From assembly GCA_034189385.1 (NCBI GenBank), contig JAXHVD010000015.1, positions 1-64,000 on the forward strand: a stretch of DNA of 64,000 nt. Reading direction: 5' to 3'. The position numbers and the translations under genes are program-made. The notes under the pieces were generated by a model, which saw only the letters and a program-made list of their open reading frames with translations, was not told the origin of the DNA and ran no database searches. This document shows positions 28,603-43,095 of this stretch, piece after piece (the first letter of the stretch is position 1; each line of letters starts with the position of its first letter). Source of the DNA: Thermodesulfobacteriota bacterium (GTDB lineage Bacteria > Desulfobacterota > Desulfobacteria > Desulfobacterales > C00003060).

Positions 28603-28977
28603 TTACTTGTATACCTCCGTTGGATCAAAGACCTTTTCGCCAACCGTCCGAATCGATTCCCCCTCAACCAGTTTGAAGAAACAGCTCCGGTACCCTGTGT
28701 GACAAGCAGCACCACCCACTTGCTCCACCTTCAAAAGGATTGTGTCGTCATCGCAGTCGATGCGGATCTCTTTGACCAGTTGCACATTGCCCGAGGTCTT
28801 TCCTTTCACCCAGAGTTCCTGGCGGGTCCGACTCCAATAGGTGGCGTTGCCCGTCCTAAGGGTTTCTTCCCAGGCGGTCTCATTCATGAAAGCAAGCATG
28901 AGAACCTCGCCCGTACTGACATCCTGAACAATGGTCGGAATCAGGCCACCACACTTTTCGAAATTTAGTGTAATCAT
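28603..28977 (-). CDS. hisI: Phosphoribosyl-AMP cyclohydrolase
   Basis: [33 protein letters not shown]. Confidence 0.96.
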   Translation of the reverse strand: MITLNFEKCGGLIPTIVQDVSTGEVLMLAFMNETAWEETLRTGNATYWSRTRQELWVKGKTSGNVQLVKEIRIDCDDDTILLKVEQVGGAACHTGYRSCFFKLVEGESIRTVGEKVFDPTEVYK

Positions 28978-29457
28978 AAGTCCAGGGTTTTTAGTCGGAA
29001 TCTCCCCGCGATGTCAAGCATATTCCATCGGGCCAATAGAATCTATGGGCAATCCCATTCTGCCCCAATGGATGTTGCTTGTGAAACCCTTTTTTGTTAC
29101 ACAAAGACGGTGACCATTATTGGAATCGATCTTACAGTGAGAGATGTTTATTGCAGAACTGTTTTTATATTGGGTTCTGAGCCCTTTGACCCATCTTCGG
29201 CTTTGTCGGTTAGATGGGGGATTCAGTGCCTCTGTTCAGGCCGCCAGGTGTAACCTTGCACGAATTAGTCGGCTAACGGACCAGAACGGCTCATGATTTC
29301 CACCCTCGTGGGGACCTCTCACTGCAGCCAGATGGATGTTCCAAAAGCCTCACCATGAACGTTGGAAAACGTGATGGAATAGAGGCCTCAGTAATGAGCC
29401 CGACACGTTACAGGAAAAAAGCAACATCGGGCTTTTTCAAAAGGTAAACGCCCAACC

Positions 29458-31827
29458 ATGAAATCCAGACGAGGCCAGAAGGGTATCCTTAGGAGGTTAC
29501 TGTCTTTTTTCTACGTGACGATGGCTGTTCTCTGTGTGGTGGCAGGGCTGCTCACAGGAGGGGCCTATTTCTACTTTGTCAAGGATCTTCCCAAGACATC
29601 TTCCCTGGAAGATTATCGTCCTCCCATCATTACCACTGTCTACTCCGATGACCATCAGAAAATGGCAGAGTTCTACAAAGAACGAAGGATTGTCGTCCCC
29701 CTTTCCAAGATGCCAAAGATGCTCACCAAGGCCTTTGTTGCTGCAGAAGACGCCCGGTTTTACAAACACAAAGGCATCGATTTTTTTAGCATGCTTCGAG
29801 CTTTTCTCAAGAATATTGAGGCAGGCTCCATCATTCAGGGAGGAAGTACCATTACCCAGCAGGTTGCCAAGTCCTTCTTCTTATCTCCAACAAAAAGCTA
29901 CACTCGAAAGGGCCGGGAAGCTATTCTTGCCTATCGCATAGACAAAGCGCTTACCAAAAAACAAATTCTACACCTCTATCTCAATCAGATATACCTGGGC
30001 CATGGGGCCTATGGTGTGGGGGCTGCGGCAGAAAACTACTTTGGAAAATCAGTGTCCGACCTGAACTTGGCCGAATGCGCCATGCTGGCCGGCCTGCCCC
30101 AGGCCCCCAGCCGGTATTCTCCCTTTTTAGCCCCCAAGCAGGCCCGACAGCGGCAAATCTATGTGTTGAATCGAATGACTGATGAGGGATACATCTCTCA
30201 TTCCCAGGCCACCAAGGCTATCAACACCCCTCTGGACATTAAGGAGAGACCCAACTGGTACATCGAGCAGGTGCCGCACTATACGGAGCATGTTCGGCAG
30301 TATGTGGAGGGAAAATACGGCAAGAACGTGCTTTACAGAGAGGGCCTCCAGATTTACACGGCTGTCAACATTGAAATGCAAAAGATGGGGCGACATGCCC
30401 TGAACAACGGCCTTAAGGCCCTTGATAGAAGGCAGGGATACAGGGGGCCCCTCAATCACCTGGAGCCAGAGGATATGGAGGGCTTCTCGCAAGAAATCCA
30501 GGAGACCCTTGAGAGCCAGCCCCTGGAGACGGGCCAAATTCTCCAGGCAGTCGTAGAGGCCATTGACGATGATGAACAAAGGGCCATTGTCCGTATGGGA
30601 GCGGAACACGGATTTCTCCGTCTCAAGGAGATGCTGTGGGCCAGGGAACCCGATCCGGAAGTGGCTTTCCAGGACGCAAGAGTAGAAAAGGTCAGTGCCG
30701 TTCTCAACATAGGAGATGTGATCAGTGTGCGCATCAGGGGGAAAGGCGTAGAGACTGCAATGTGGGACCTTTCTTTGGAACAGACCCCTGCCGTAGAAGG
30801 CGCGCTATTTTGCATGGAGACGGAGACGGGCCATGTGAAGGCCATGATCGGAGGTCGGGACTTCAAGGTGAGCCAGTTCAACCGGGCCATACAGTCGAGA
30901 CGTCAACCCGGCTCTGCCTTTAAGCCGGTTATTTATGCCGCCGCCTTAGACAAAGGGTACACCCCTGCCACCGTGATCATAGACTCCCCCCTGGTATTTG
31001 AGGATACAGAAAGGGCATTCACCTGGAAACCGAGAAATTATGAGGAGACGTTTTATGGCCCTACCCTCCTCCGTACGGCCTTGGCCCGATCTCGAAACGT
31101 GGTAACCGTAAAGATACTCAGAGATATTGGGGTAGACTATGTAATCGACTATGCCAAGAGACTGGGTATTGATTCTGAACTGAGTAGAGACCTTTCTATC
31201 GCTCTTGGCTCCTCAGGGATTTCCCTCATGGAGTTGGTCCGAGCCTATTCCGTCTTTGCTAATCAGGGATATGGTGTGATGCCCCACTTTGTCACTAGGA
31301 TACTCGATCGGGATGGAAACGTCCTCGAGGAAAGCCAATCTGAAAAGGAAGAAGTGATTGAAGAAAGCACTGCCTACATTGTCACCAATCTGCTCCAAGG
31401 AGTCGTTAGACACGGAACGGGCCACCGAGTCAAGGCCCTGAATCGCCCTGTGGCCGGCAAGACAGGTACGACGAACAACCTCTACGATGCGTGGTTTGTA
31501 GGATACACGCCCGGCTATGTGACAGGGGTGTGGGTTGGATTTGACGAGGAGCAATCATTAGGCGTCAATGAAACTGGCTCCAGGGCTGCCAGCCCGATCT
31601 GGTTGGAGTTTATGAAGGCCATCCTCAAACACAAGCCGGTGCGTGCCTTCCAGGTGCCCGACGGCGTGGTCTTTGCCAAGATAGACACGGAGACGGGACT
31701 CCTGGCCATTCCTGAATCCAAGGACACCATCTTTGAGTGTTTCAAGGAGGGAACCGTTCCCAGCAAGTACACGGAAAAGGTGGGAACGGTCACAGATCCT
31801 GGGGAGTTCTTCAAAACGGACATGTAG
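29458..31827 (+). CDS. mrcA: Penicillin-binding protein 1A (class A PBP)
   Basis: AAEDARFY, GGSTITQQ, YLNQIYLG, QPGSAFKP, SRN, KTGTT. Confidence 0.95.
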   Translation: MKSRRGQKGILRRLLSFFYVTMAVLCVVAGLLTGGAYFYFVKDLPKTSSLEDYRPPIITTVYSDDHQKMAEFYKERRIVVPLSKMPKMLTKAFVAAEDARFYKHKGIDFFSMLRAFLKNIEAGSIIQGGSTITQQVAKSFFLSPTKSYTRKGREAILAYRIDKALTKKQILHLYLNQIYLGHGAYGVGAAAENYFGKSVSDLNLAECAMLAGLPQAPSRYSPFLAPKQARQRQIYVLNRMTDEGYISHSQATKAINTPLDIKERPNWYIEQVPHYTEHVRQYVEGKYGKNVLYREGLQIYTAVNIEMQKMGRHALNNGLKALDRRQGYRGPLNHLEPEDMEGFSQEIQETLESQPLETGQILQAVVEAIDDDEQRAIVRMGAEHGFLRLKEMLWAREPDPEVAFQDARVEKVSAVLNIGDVISVRIRGKGVETAMWDLSLEQTPAVEGALFCMETETGHVKAMIGGRDFKVSQFNRAIQSRRQPGSAFKPVIYAAALDKGYTPATVIIDSPLVFEDTERAFTWKPRNYEETFYGPTLLRTALARSRNVVTVKILRDIGVDYVIDYAKRLGIDSELSRDLSIALGSSGISLMELVRAYSVFANQGYGVMPHFVTRILDRDGNVLEESQSEKEEVIEESTAYIVTNLLQGVVRHGTGHRVKALNRPVAGKTGTTNNLYDAWFVGYTPGYVTGVWVGFDEEQSLGVNETGSRAASPIWLEFMKAILKHKPVRAFQVPDGVVFAKIDTETGLLAIPESKDTIFECFKEGTVPSKYTEKVGTVTDPGEFFKTDM

Positions 31828-32033
31828 TGGGCGTGAGCCCTCAACCTTTAGGGCTGAGAGTGCAACTGGCCATTTGCCCTGAAGCCTCAGGACCGATGGC
31901 CTCTGCACATCCTTGGACAAGGCTATTCTAGCAGCTTTCTCGCTGAGGCCTCTTAGCGTTGTGCACTGCGCTAGAAATAGGCCTCTTCGGTCTTTCATCT
32001 TTCGGCCTAGGGCCCTTCAGGTCACCCCCGTGG

Positions 32034-32729
32034 CTAGGGCACCCGAACTCTCCGCTTTTCAACTTCATCCACTAGGTCTTTGGATGTATAAAGGACCACA
32101 AACTTGTCTTCCAGCTCCTTGACCAGGGCTCTCAACTTCTCGTGTGAAAGGGTGCTGCAGCGCATGTAGACATTTCGACGGCCCTGTTCGGCCGTCTCCT
32201 TTGTAGACAGAATGCTAATAATGCGTCCCCCAAAAGATCGTATCACATCAGCAGGTTCTTTGATCGACCCCGGGCGATCTTCTAGGCTGAAGGCAAATTG
32301 AATCCCCCCGGTGTATACGCCTGCGATGTTGATCAACGCCTTGAAAATGTCTGTCTGCGTAATAATTCCCACTAGGTTGTGCTTGTCATTGATCACAGGG
32401 AGTGAAGATATCTTGTTTTCAAGCATCAAGAGGGCGGCAAATTCTACTGTCTCATCAGGCCTAACAAAAACCAGGTTCTTCGTCATAATGTCCCCAATCT
32501 TAACAGAAGAAAGGAGATAATTGAGTTCATAAACGTCCAATGTGGTCGCCTTGGACGGCGCAGCATCCTTTAGGTCTCTGTCGCTCACGATACCGATCAC
32601 TTTGCCCTTCTGATCAACGACAGGAAGACACCGGATCTTCTTCTCCTTCATAATGATAGACGCCTTCATCATGGAAGTGTCCTCATCTATGGTAATAACA
32701 TCAGTCGTCATCCAACCTTTTGCTAACAT
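32034..32729 (-). CDS. CBS-pair plus ACT domain protein (AcuB-like)
   Basis: Two CBS repeats (GIVSDRDL, GIITQTDI) and DRPGSI ACT motif. Confidence 0.9.
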   Translation of the reverse strand: MLAKGWMTTDVITIDEDTSMMKASIIMKEKKIRCLPVVDQKGKVIGIVSDRDLKDAAPSKATTLDVYELNYLLSSVKIGDIMTKNLVFVRPDETVEFAALLMLENKISSLPVINDKHNLVGIITQTDIFKALINIAGVYTGGIQFAFSLEDRPGSIKEPADVIRSFGGRIISILSTKETAEQGRRNVYMRCSTLSHEKLRALVKELEDKFVVLYTSKDLVDEVEKRRVRVP

Positions 32730-32826
32730 GACACCTTACCTCCCTTTTTTGACTTGCCCGAGCTGTCTGGCAGCTGCCCTTCGAGCGCCCCATGGCGGCG
32801 CTCCATGAATGGCCTGGCCTTGGGCC

Positions 32827-33768
32827 TTACACAACCCACACAGCCACATCCCTTCCCTGTAGCACGATCTTGTTGGAAACGCTTCCAAAAAGAAAACGCT
32901 TCGTCCTTGAGATCCCGCGACGCCCCAACACAATGGAGCCATAGCCACCTTCCTGAGTCTCCTTTAGGATGGCTCGGGCCGCACCCAGTGTCCCCGTCTC
33001 TAGACGGGTCTTGATAGCAAAGGCAGGGACTCCATTTTCGGTCAAGTACGTCTTGGCCTGGGAAAGCATGTCTTCGGCATCATCAATCAAACGTTGCTCC
33101 ACCATAGACCCGATCTCTGTCAGGCCCGTCCATGTGGAGGCCACCTCCTTTGGGATCACTGGGGCAAGGACATGAAAGATCGTCACCTCCATGGGACCCG
33201 CCTCTTCCAAGAGCCAGGTGGCCTCTTCCAGCACACGTTTAGAATTCGGAGAACCGTCCACTGTCACCAGCATTTTCCGCGCCTCGATCCTACCATGAAC
33301 CACACAAATGGGAAGCCCTTTGGCATGCTGCAGGACCTTGTGCGTGACGCTTCCCATGAAGAATTGCTCCATAGCGCTCATGCCGTGCCGCCCCAACACA
33401 ATGGCATCATAAATGCCCTCTTGTTCCAGTGCCAAGATATGCCTGGCTGTGCCTGAAGACGGCTCCTCTATGAGGGCATGGATCTTTGTCCGGGCCATCC
33501 CCGCCTCTGCCAAGATCTCCTTGGCTTCCTCTAGCACAGAGGCTGCCTTGAGGCGATTTTCATCCCGAAAGTGCTGGGAAAACGCTTGGATTTGTGACAT
33601 CTCCGCAATGCTTTCGCCTGGCTCCAGAAAGAGTAGTGGGATCTCAGGAAGAAGGTGAATGAGATCTATCTTCACCGCGGCGTTCTTCCCAAAGAGGAAA
33701 CCAAGGTACCGCACGGCGTCCATGCTCGCCTGGGACCCGTCTATCCCAACTAAAATGTGTTTGCTCAT
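32827..33768 (-). CDS. Tandem universal stress protein
   Basis: Two USP domains (ILVGIDGS...GRHG...GSVT; LVTVDGS...GRRG...GSVS). Confidence 0.92.
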   Translation of the reverse strand: MSKHILVGIDGSQASMDAVRYLGFLFGKNAAVKIDLIHLLPEIPLLFLEPGESIAEMSQIQAFSQHFRDENRLKAASVLEEAKEILAEAGMARTKIHALIEEPSSGTARHILALEQEGIYDAIVLGRHGMSAMEQFFMGSVTHKVLQHAKGLPICVVHGRIEARKMLVTVDGSPNSKRVLEEATWLLEEAGPMEVTIFHVLAPVIPKEVASTWTGLTEIGSMVEQRLIDDAEDMLSQAKTYLTENGVPAFAIKTRLETGTLGAARAILKETQEGGYGSIVLGRRGISRTKRFLFGSVSNKIVLQGRDVAVWVV

Positions 33769-33864
33769 CTTTTCTGTCCCTCCCACAGGGGCTGTCACCC
33801 AAAGGGAAATATCATCGAGCGGTTGTTTGACCTTTTTTGTCAATACATCTTGGCATCTCGCCTC

Positions 33865-35571
33865 TTACCTTGCCTGCCCCTTGATCATCTCCCGGGCGTG
33901 GGCCATGGCCTTTGCCGTAATATCGACGCCTGCCAGCATGCGGGCCATCTCCTTGACCCTTGCCTCTCCCTCTAAAAGGGTGATCGTCGTGCAGGTGCGG
34001 CCCCTGTGAACACCCTTTTGAATCTTGAAATGGTGAGTCCCAAACTGGGCAATCTGGGGCAGGTGCGTAATGCAAAGGACTTGATGAAACTCTGCCAATG
34101 AGGCCAACTTTTTGCCCACCATCTCCGCCACACCGCCCCCAATACCGGCATCCACCTCGTCGAAGATGAGGGTCTCAACAGACTCCTTGGTCGCCAGTAT
34201 CGCCTTTAGAGCCAGGATCATCCTGGAGAGCTCGCCCCCTGAGGCAATCTGGGCAAGGGGCCTGAGATCCTCACCCACATTAGGAGCCATGAGGAATTCA
34301 ATCCGATCCATGCCTGTGGTCTCAATGCCGCCTGTTCCCAAAACAAGATGAGGGTCTGCGTTCTCATCAAAGGGCACGCCCTTGAACCTCACCTCAAAAC
34401 GGGCCTTTGGCATGCCAAGGAAGACCATCTCCTTTTGCACCTTCCCCGTGAAATGGGTAGCTGCCTCTTTTCTTTTCTTAGAAAGCTTCTGGCACTGGCC
34501 TGTCAGTTTGTCATACAACGCTCCCAGTCTAGTCTCTGTTTCGACGATCTCCTCTGGCAGAGAGGAGACACGCCTCAATGCCTCTTTGATCTCCCTGCCC
34601 TGTTTCATGACAGCATCAAGGGACCCTCCATACTTCCGCTTCAACCGCTGCAGGGTGTCCAACCGCGATTCTGTGGCCTCCAGACGCTCGCTGTCAAAGA
34701 CAATGCCCTGTGCGTACTTCTGCAGCTCCTGGGCGACGTCTTCCAGCTCGTAAGATAGAGTATCCACCCTGTCTTTCAGGCTCCCCAAGGCATGGTCAAT
34801 CTTAGATACAACCTCAAGCTCTCTTCCTGTGGAGATCAGCGTTTCAACCAAGGCCCCATTGCTACCATATAGGCGATCCACGCAGCTGCCAACGGTCTCA
34901 TACAACCGCTCGGCATGCTTGAGGCGTTGAAGCTCTTGCTCCACCTCCTGGTCTTCCCCTGGCTTGACGTCCGCCTGCTCTATCTCTTTGTATTGAAATT
35001 CCAGGAGCTCACGGTATTCCGATTGTTCTATTAGCTTCCGCCTGAGGGCGGCCAGCCCCCTAATCAACGGCAGCATCTCCTGGTAACAGTCCCCCACCTC
35101 CCCTCGCAGGGGCATCAATCCTGCCGACTGGTCAAGGACCAGAAGATGGTAATCCGGATTCAGCAGATTCTGGTGGGCATGTTGACCGGCTATGCTAGCA
35201 AGGTGCAAATTGATGCTCGACAGCATCTGTGAAGTGCCCAGTCGTCCATTTATGTATATCCTGTTGCGCCCATTTCTTTGGATCGTGCGACGGACCAAGA
35301 GCCCATCTGACACATCGATTCCCCGTTGCCGCGCCGTTTTTGCTGCCACGCTCTCAGGGGGGACATCAAAGAGGGCCTCCAATTCAGCCGTCTCTTCAGC
35401 GGTTCGGATCAGTTCAGGCGAGGCACGGCCGCCAAGGATCAGGTTCACCGCGTTGATGACAATCGATTTTCCGGCCCCAGTCTCACCAGTAAGCATGGTG
35501 AGCCCTTCTTCGAAGCTAATTGACAGGTCATCTATAATGGCAAAATTTCTTATGGACAATTCTCGGAGCAC
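33865..35571 (-). CDS. recN: DNA repair protein RecN
   Basis: TGETGAGKS, ASGGELSR, IFDEVDAG, ITHLPQ. Confidence 0.97.
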   Translation of the reverse strand: MLRELSIRNFAIIDDLSISFEEGLTMLTGETGAGKSIVINAVNLILGGRASPELIRTAEETAELEALFDVPPESVAAKTARQRGIDVSDGLLVRRTIQRNGRNRIYINGRLGTSQMLSSINLHLASIAGQHAHQNLLNPDYHLLVLDQSAGLMPLRGEVGDCYQEMLPLIRGLAALRRKLIEQSEYRELLEFQYKEIEQADVKPGEDQEVEQELQRLKHAERLYETVGSCVDRLYGSNGALVETLISTGRELEVVSKIDHALGSLKDRVDTLSYELEDVAQELQKYAQGIVFDSERLEATESRLDTLQRLKRKYGGSLDAVMKQGREIKEALRRVSSLPEEIVETETRLGALYDKLTGQCQKLSKKRKEAATHFTGKVQKEMVFLGMPKARFEVRFKGVPFDENADPHLVLGTGGIETTGMDRIEFLMAPNVGEDLRPLAQIASGGELSRMILALKAILATKESVETLIFDEVDAGIGGGVAEMVGKKLASLAEFHQVLCITHLPQIAQFGTHHFKIQKGVHRGRTCTTITLLEGEARVKEMARMLAGVDITAKAMAHAREMIKGQAR

Positions 35572-35577
35572 CTGCCT

Positions 35578-36354
35578 TCAATCCCGCAGCTTCCATTGTA
35601 ATGAGTCCATTGTGATGATGGACTCAAAAATCTCATGGAGTGCCTGCATGGAACTGGCGTCATGAGGCAACTCCACGGTGGGCTGTCCTTCCGTGTCGTA
35701 TTGGGAAATCAACCCGTCCTCCGGAACACATCCAGCCAAACTCAATCCAGCAGCTTCCATGGCCCCCCTCACCGCCGGAGGCAGTTCGCCCTTCACGCGG
35801 TTTATGATCACATGGGTTTCCTTAACGTCAAGGTTGAGTTCTTGGCAGAGATCACGAATACGCTGGGCTGCCAGCACCCCTCTTTGAGTTGGATCAGATA
35901 TAATAAACAGGATGTCTGCACGACGGGCCACTAGGCGACTAATATGCTCCATGCCTGCCTCATTGTCCATGATTACAACACGGTAGTTCCTGCAAAGCCT
36001 TTCCACGCAACGCGACAACAGCGTGTTGGCATGGCAATAACATCCTGGCCCTTCGGGGCGACCCATCACCACTAGGTCATATCCCTCCCCCTCCACCAGA
36101 GCCTCGGCGACCTTATATTCCATGTAGACATCCCTGGTCATGCCCGTGGGGACACCGTCCTTGATCCCCTCTCTGGCCTCACCAAGGGTTGTCTCCACAT
36201 CAACTCCCAGAACCTCGTTTAGGTTGGCATTTGCATCGGCATCTACGGCCAAGACGGGCCTGATGCCATGTTCCAAGAAGAGCCTTAGAAAAAGACCTGC
36301 AATGGTCGTCTTGCCGGTTCCCCCCTTGCCGGCCATGGCAAGGATCATGGTCAT
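35578..36354 (-). CDS. cooC: CooC/AcsF-family nickel-insertion ATPase
   Basis: GKGGTGKTT, DAD, GPGCYC, DNEAGMEH. Confidence 0.9.
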   Translation of the reverse strand: MTMILAMAGKGGTGKTTIAGLFLRLFLEHGIRPVLAVDADANANLNEVLGVDVETTLGEAREGIKDGVPTGMTRDVYMEYKVAEALVEGEGYDLVVMGRPEGPGCYCHANTLLSRCVERLCRNYRVVIMDNEAGMEHISRLVARRADILFIISDPTQRGVLAAQRIRDLCQELNLDVKETHVIINRVKGELPPAVRGAMEAAGLSLAGCVPEDGLISQYDTEGQPTVELPHDASSMQALHEIFESIITMDSLQWKLRD

Positions 36355-38348
36355 AAACCACTCCTCTCGTGACGGATCATCTCACTGCTTGTCTCAAGAT
36401 AGTGGCTTACATGGGGAAAGAGGCGGTCCTCTGTGTGGGGAAGAAAAAGAGCTCCCATATACTTGTCCATAAAGGACTGATTGTCGCTCAACTCGATATT
36501 GGTCATCATTTGTGCGATCCTTTTTACCTCCCGGAGCATCCCTCTGGAGAGGCACACCAGTCGGGCGCCAAGCAGAGAACCATTTCCCAAAAAGTGAAAC
36601 TTCTCAACAGGAATATCCGGAAAAAGCCCGATCACCTTTCCCTTTTCAAGATTGATGTACCTGCCAAAGGCCCCTGCAATGATCACCCGATCCAAGGCAT
36701 CGAATGAAAGGGACAGGCTCTCAAGGAGCGTCAGACATCCGGCAAAGAGTGCCCCTTTGGCCCGGATCAAGTTCTCAATATCCACTTCAGTGATGACAAT
36801 ATCCTCCCCCGTTGCAGAATCCTCGGTCCAGGCCAACACGTATTCCGATCCAAAGTGCCCCTGTCGGATGCGGGTCGAAGAAAGGTCGCCTGCAAACTTG
36901 CCGTTGCGGTCGATGACACAGGCCGAGAGCAATTCCGACAGGACACTGATGAGGCCTGATCCGCATATCCCTCTAGGTTTGGCCCTTCCCACTGTTACCA
37001 CCATGGGCTCCAGTGTCACAGGGTTGATGTGGAATCCTTCAATGGCCCCGAGATCGGCCCGCATACCGTGTTTGATCCCCCCTCCCTCAAAGGCGGGGCC
37101 CATGGAACAGGCAGCACAAGCGAGCCAATCGCGATTGCCCAGAACGATCTCGCCGTTGGTTCCAATGTCTATATACAGCGTCAGTTCCTCTTTCTGAAAA
37201 ACACCGGAGCCCAAGATGCCGGAAACGATGTCTCCTCCCACATAACTGGCCACGGAAGGAAAGGTGTAAAGCTTCACACAATCAGGCAGGTCTATGCCGA
37301 TTTCTGACGCCATCTCCAGAGGCATGGAAGCTGCAGCCGGCACGTAGGGAGCTTCCCTGATGTAGCGCGTTTCCATGCCCAGAAGAAGGTGGGTCATGGT
37401 AGTATTGCCAGCAGCAGCAACATAAGAAATACTCCTTTTGGAATGCCCTGTCCTTTCCAACAATTCATCAATGACCTGATTGATGGAAGATACGACAACA
37501 GACTGCAGTTTCTTCGATCCATTAGGCTTCTGAGCAAACACGATGCGGGTAATGACATCAGCGCCGTACTGAATCTGCCCGTTGTACTCAGCCGTCTCTG
37601 CCAAGGCCTCCCCTGTTCGCAGGTCCATAAGCTGGCCACTTACCGTGGTTGTTCCAATATCCAAGGCCACGGCCAGGTTCTGGTCAGAGGTATTGCCACC
37701 TTCTATCCGGACGAGTCTCCAGGGGCCGTCCTTTTCCGCCCCCGACAAGGGTATGGCGCCTCCCACTGGGTCTGTCACGAGCGTGGCTGTTACAAACCAG
37801 TCATTGGCCCTTAAGATTTTCGGCAAGGTCTTCAAGCATGGTACGTCTGCGGAAATATGGTCGATATGATGCTGCTGTCTCATTCCTATGGAAAACCGCG
37901 TCAGATCGCTTGCGTTGTCTTGCGCTGTAGGCGGATTCAGCCTTAGCGGAACCTTCATGGCCATGGGATCCAGCTTCCATCCTTCGGCCAAGGGGATGGC
38001 ATGAAGAACAGAGATGCTACGCTCTGCCTTGCCCATGTCAAGCTGTTGGACCAGTGGCCGCTTCAGCCCCCTGGACTCCACTGGGATCAGCACCGTACAG
38101 TCTGAAAGGACAGAGGTCTTACAGGCCTGCCGCCACCCTTGCGCATACTTGTCTTCTTCTATCTTCTCCGTCTTTTCGCTTTCCACGTCGCCGGCTTTGA
38201 TGATAACCTGGCACTTGCCGCAGACCCCCTGGCCGCCACAGGTGGCATTGATGTGCACACCAGCCGCAAGGGCTGCCTCCAAAAGGTTGGCCCCTCTGTC
38301 AACCCGGATCGAAACCTGATCTGGTTCAAACGTAATGGTGTGTTTCAT
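36351..38348 (-). CDS. ASKHA-domain reductive activator of corrinoid protein (RACo/AcsV-like) with N-terminal 2Fe-2S domain
   Basis: CGGQGVCGKC...AC, DIGTTT, GADVITRI, DIGTNGE, GPAFEG, GICGSG, AGAFG. Confidence 0.93.
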   Translation of the reverse strand: MKHTITFEPDQVSIRVDRGANLLEAALAAGVHINATCGGQGVCGKCQVIIKAGDVESEKTEKIEEDKYAQGWRQACKTSVLSDCTVLIPVESRGLKRPLVQQLDMGKAERSISVLHAIPLAEGWKLDPMAMKVPLRLNPPTAQDNASDLTRFSIGMRQQHHIDHISADVPCLKTLPKILRANDWFVTATLVTDPVGGAIPLSGAEKDGPWRLVRIEGGNTSDQNLAVALDIGTTTVSGQLMDLRTGEALAETAEYNGQIQYGADVITRIVFAQKPNGSKKLQSVVVSSINQVIDELLERTGHSKRSISYVAAAGNTTMTHLLLGMETRYIREAPYVPAAASMPLEMASEIGIDLPDCVKLYTFPSVASYVGGDIVSGILGSGVFQKEELTLYIDIGTNGEIVLGNRDWLACAACSMGPAFEGGGIKHGMRADLGAIEGFHINPVTLEPMVVTVGRAKPRGICGSGLISVLSELLSACVIDRNGKFAGDLSSTRIRQGHFGSEYVLAWTEDSATGEDIVITEVDIENLIRAKGALFAGCLTLLESLSLSFDALDRVIIAGAFGRYINLEKGKVIGLFPDIPVEKFHFLGNGSLLGARLVCLSRGMLREVKRIAQMMTNIELSDNQSFMDKYMGALFLPHTEDRLFPHVSHYLETSSEMIRHERSGL

Positions 38349-38352
38349 ATAG

Positions 38353-38388
38353 AAAAAAGGCCGCCAGGGTCACATCCCCTGACGGCCT
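38353..38388 (-). terminator. Intrinsic terminator after the POR gene
   Basis: Minus strand AGGCCGTCAGGG/CCCTGGCGGCCT 12-bp stem followed by a T run. Confidence 0.8.
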
Positions 38389-38448
38389 GTCCTTTGCAAG
38401 GTCTGGCGACCCTTGGCTTTGCGAACAAGAACGGAAATGCTTGCCCTC

Positions 38449-42024
<3,576 letters not shown>

Positions 42025-42139
42025 CTATGTAGACCCACAAAGTCAACCATTTTGGGAAGATTAAAGGGATCTGCCAGGAGGGGAGGCCAAGCCTTTCGTC
42101 GATAAAAAAAGGCGGTCTGACTTCGTAGGTTCTGAGGCC

Positions 42140-43009
42140 TCAGGGGAACAGTTCGCGGGCCTGTTTGCCCAGTTCTCCCAGGCGTTCTACCACGTGAATG
42201 CCCCCATCTTCCATGGCGGCTATCTTCTCTCCGGCTGTTCCACCGCTCCCTGAAATAATGGCCCCTGCATGGCCCATGCGCTTTCCAGGGGGAGCAGTGA
42301 GACCTGCAACAAACCCCAGCACGGGTTTCGTGAAATGATCCTTCACATAGGCCGCTGCCGTCTCCTCATCACTGCCCCCGATCTCCCCGATGAGAACCAC
42401 GCCAGAGGTCTCAGGGTCCTTATCAAAGAGCTTCAAGATATCCACAAAGGAAGAACCGATGATAGGATCACCGCCAATGCCGACACACGTGCTCTGACCA
42501 AGGCCGCTTTGTGTGAGCTGGTGGACCACTTCATAGGTGAGCGTACCGCTCCTTGAGACCACCCCAATGGAGCCCTCTTGGTGGATCTGCCCAGGCATGA
42601 TGCCGGCCTTGCAGCGGCCCGGTGAGATCACCCCAGGACAGTTGGGACCAATAAGGCGGCAGTTGTTCCGTTTCAGAAAGGGGACCACCTTCAACATGTC
42701 TTTGATGGGTATCCCTTCGGTAATGCACACGGCCAACCCAAGACCTGCTGAGGCAGATTCCATGATGGCGTCTGCCGCAAAAGGAGAGGGCACAAAGATA
42801 AGGCTGGCGTTGGCGCCGGTCTCTTCCACGGCGTCGTGGATGGTGTTAAATACCGGAATCCCGTCCATGTCTTGGCCCCCTTTGCCGGGGGTAACCCCTG
42901 CCACCACCTTGCTTCCGTAGGCCACACACTGGCGGGTATGAAAACTCCCTTCCTTTCCTGTTATCCCTTGAACCACCAGGCGCGTGTCTTTATCGATCAG
43001 TATGCTCAT
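42140..43009 (-). CDS. sucD: Succinyl-CoA synthetase alpha subunit
   Basis: [27 protein letters not shown]. Confidence 0.96.
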   Translation of the reverse strand: MSILIDKDTRLVVQGITGKEGSFHTRQCVAYGSKVVAGVTPGKGGQDMDGIPVFNTIHDAVEETGANASLIFVPSPFAADAIMESASAGLGLAVCITEGIPIKDMLKVVPFLKRNNCRLIGPNCPGVISPGRCKAGIMPGQIHQEGSIGVVSRSGTLTYEVVHQLTQSGLGQSTCVGIGGDPIIGSSFVDILKLFDKDPETSGVVLIGEIGGSDEETAAAYVKDHFTKPVLGFVAGLTAPPGKRMGHAGAIISGSGGTAGEKIAAMEDGGIHVVERLGELGKQARELFP

Positions 43010-43095
43010 CTCTTTTTCCGTTTTCCCTTGTCGGTTCTCCTTTGCTCGTCAGTTGCCATTCTTGATTTGGCTTTTCACCCTTCTCCATTGCGCCA

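Noticed and set aside
28980..29457. Long hisI-mrcA intergenic region as a possible ncRNA such as 6S
   Set aside because: Only short scattered complementarities (GCCTCTGTTC/GAATAGAGGC); no recognisable family by eye. An Rfam scan would be needed.
31830..32030. Short CCTCAG/CTGAG/CTTCGG-like repeats between mrcA and the CBS-ACT gene
   Set aside because: No regular period or spacer structure; not CRISPR. No CRISPR array or rRNA gene was seen anywhere in the window.
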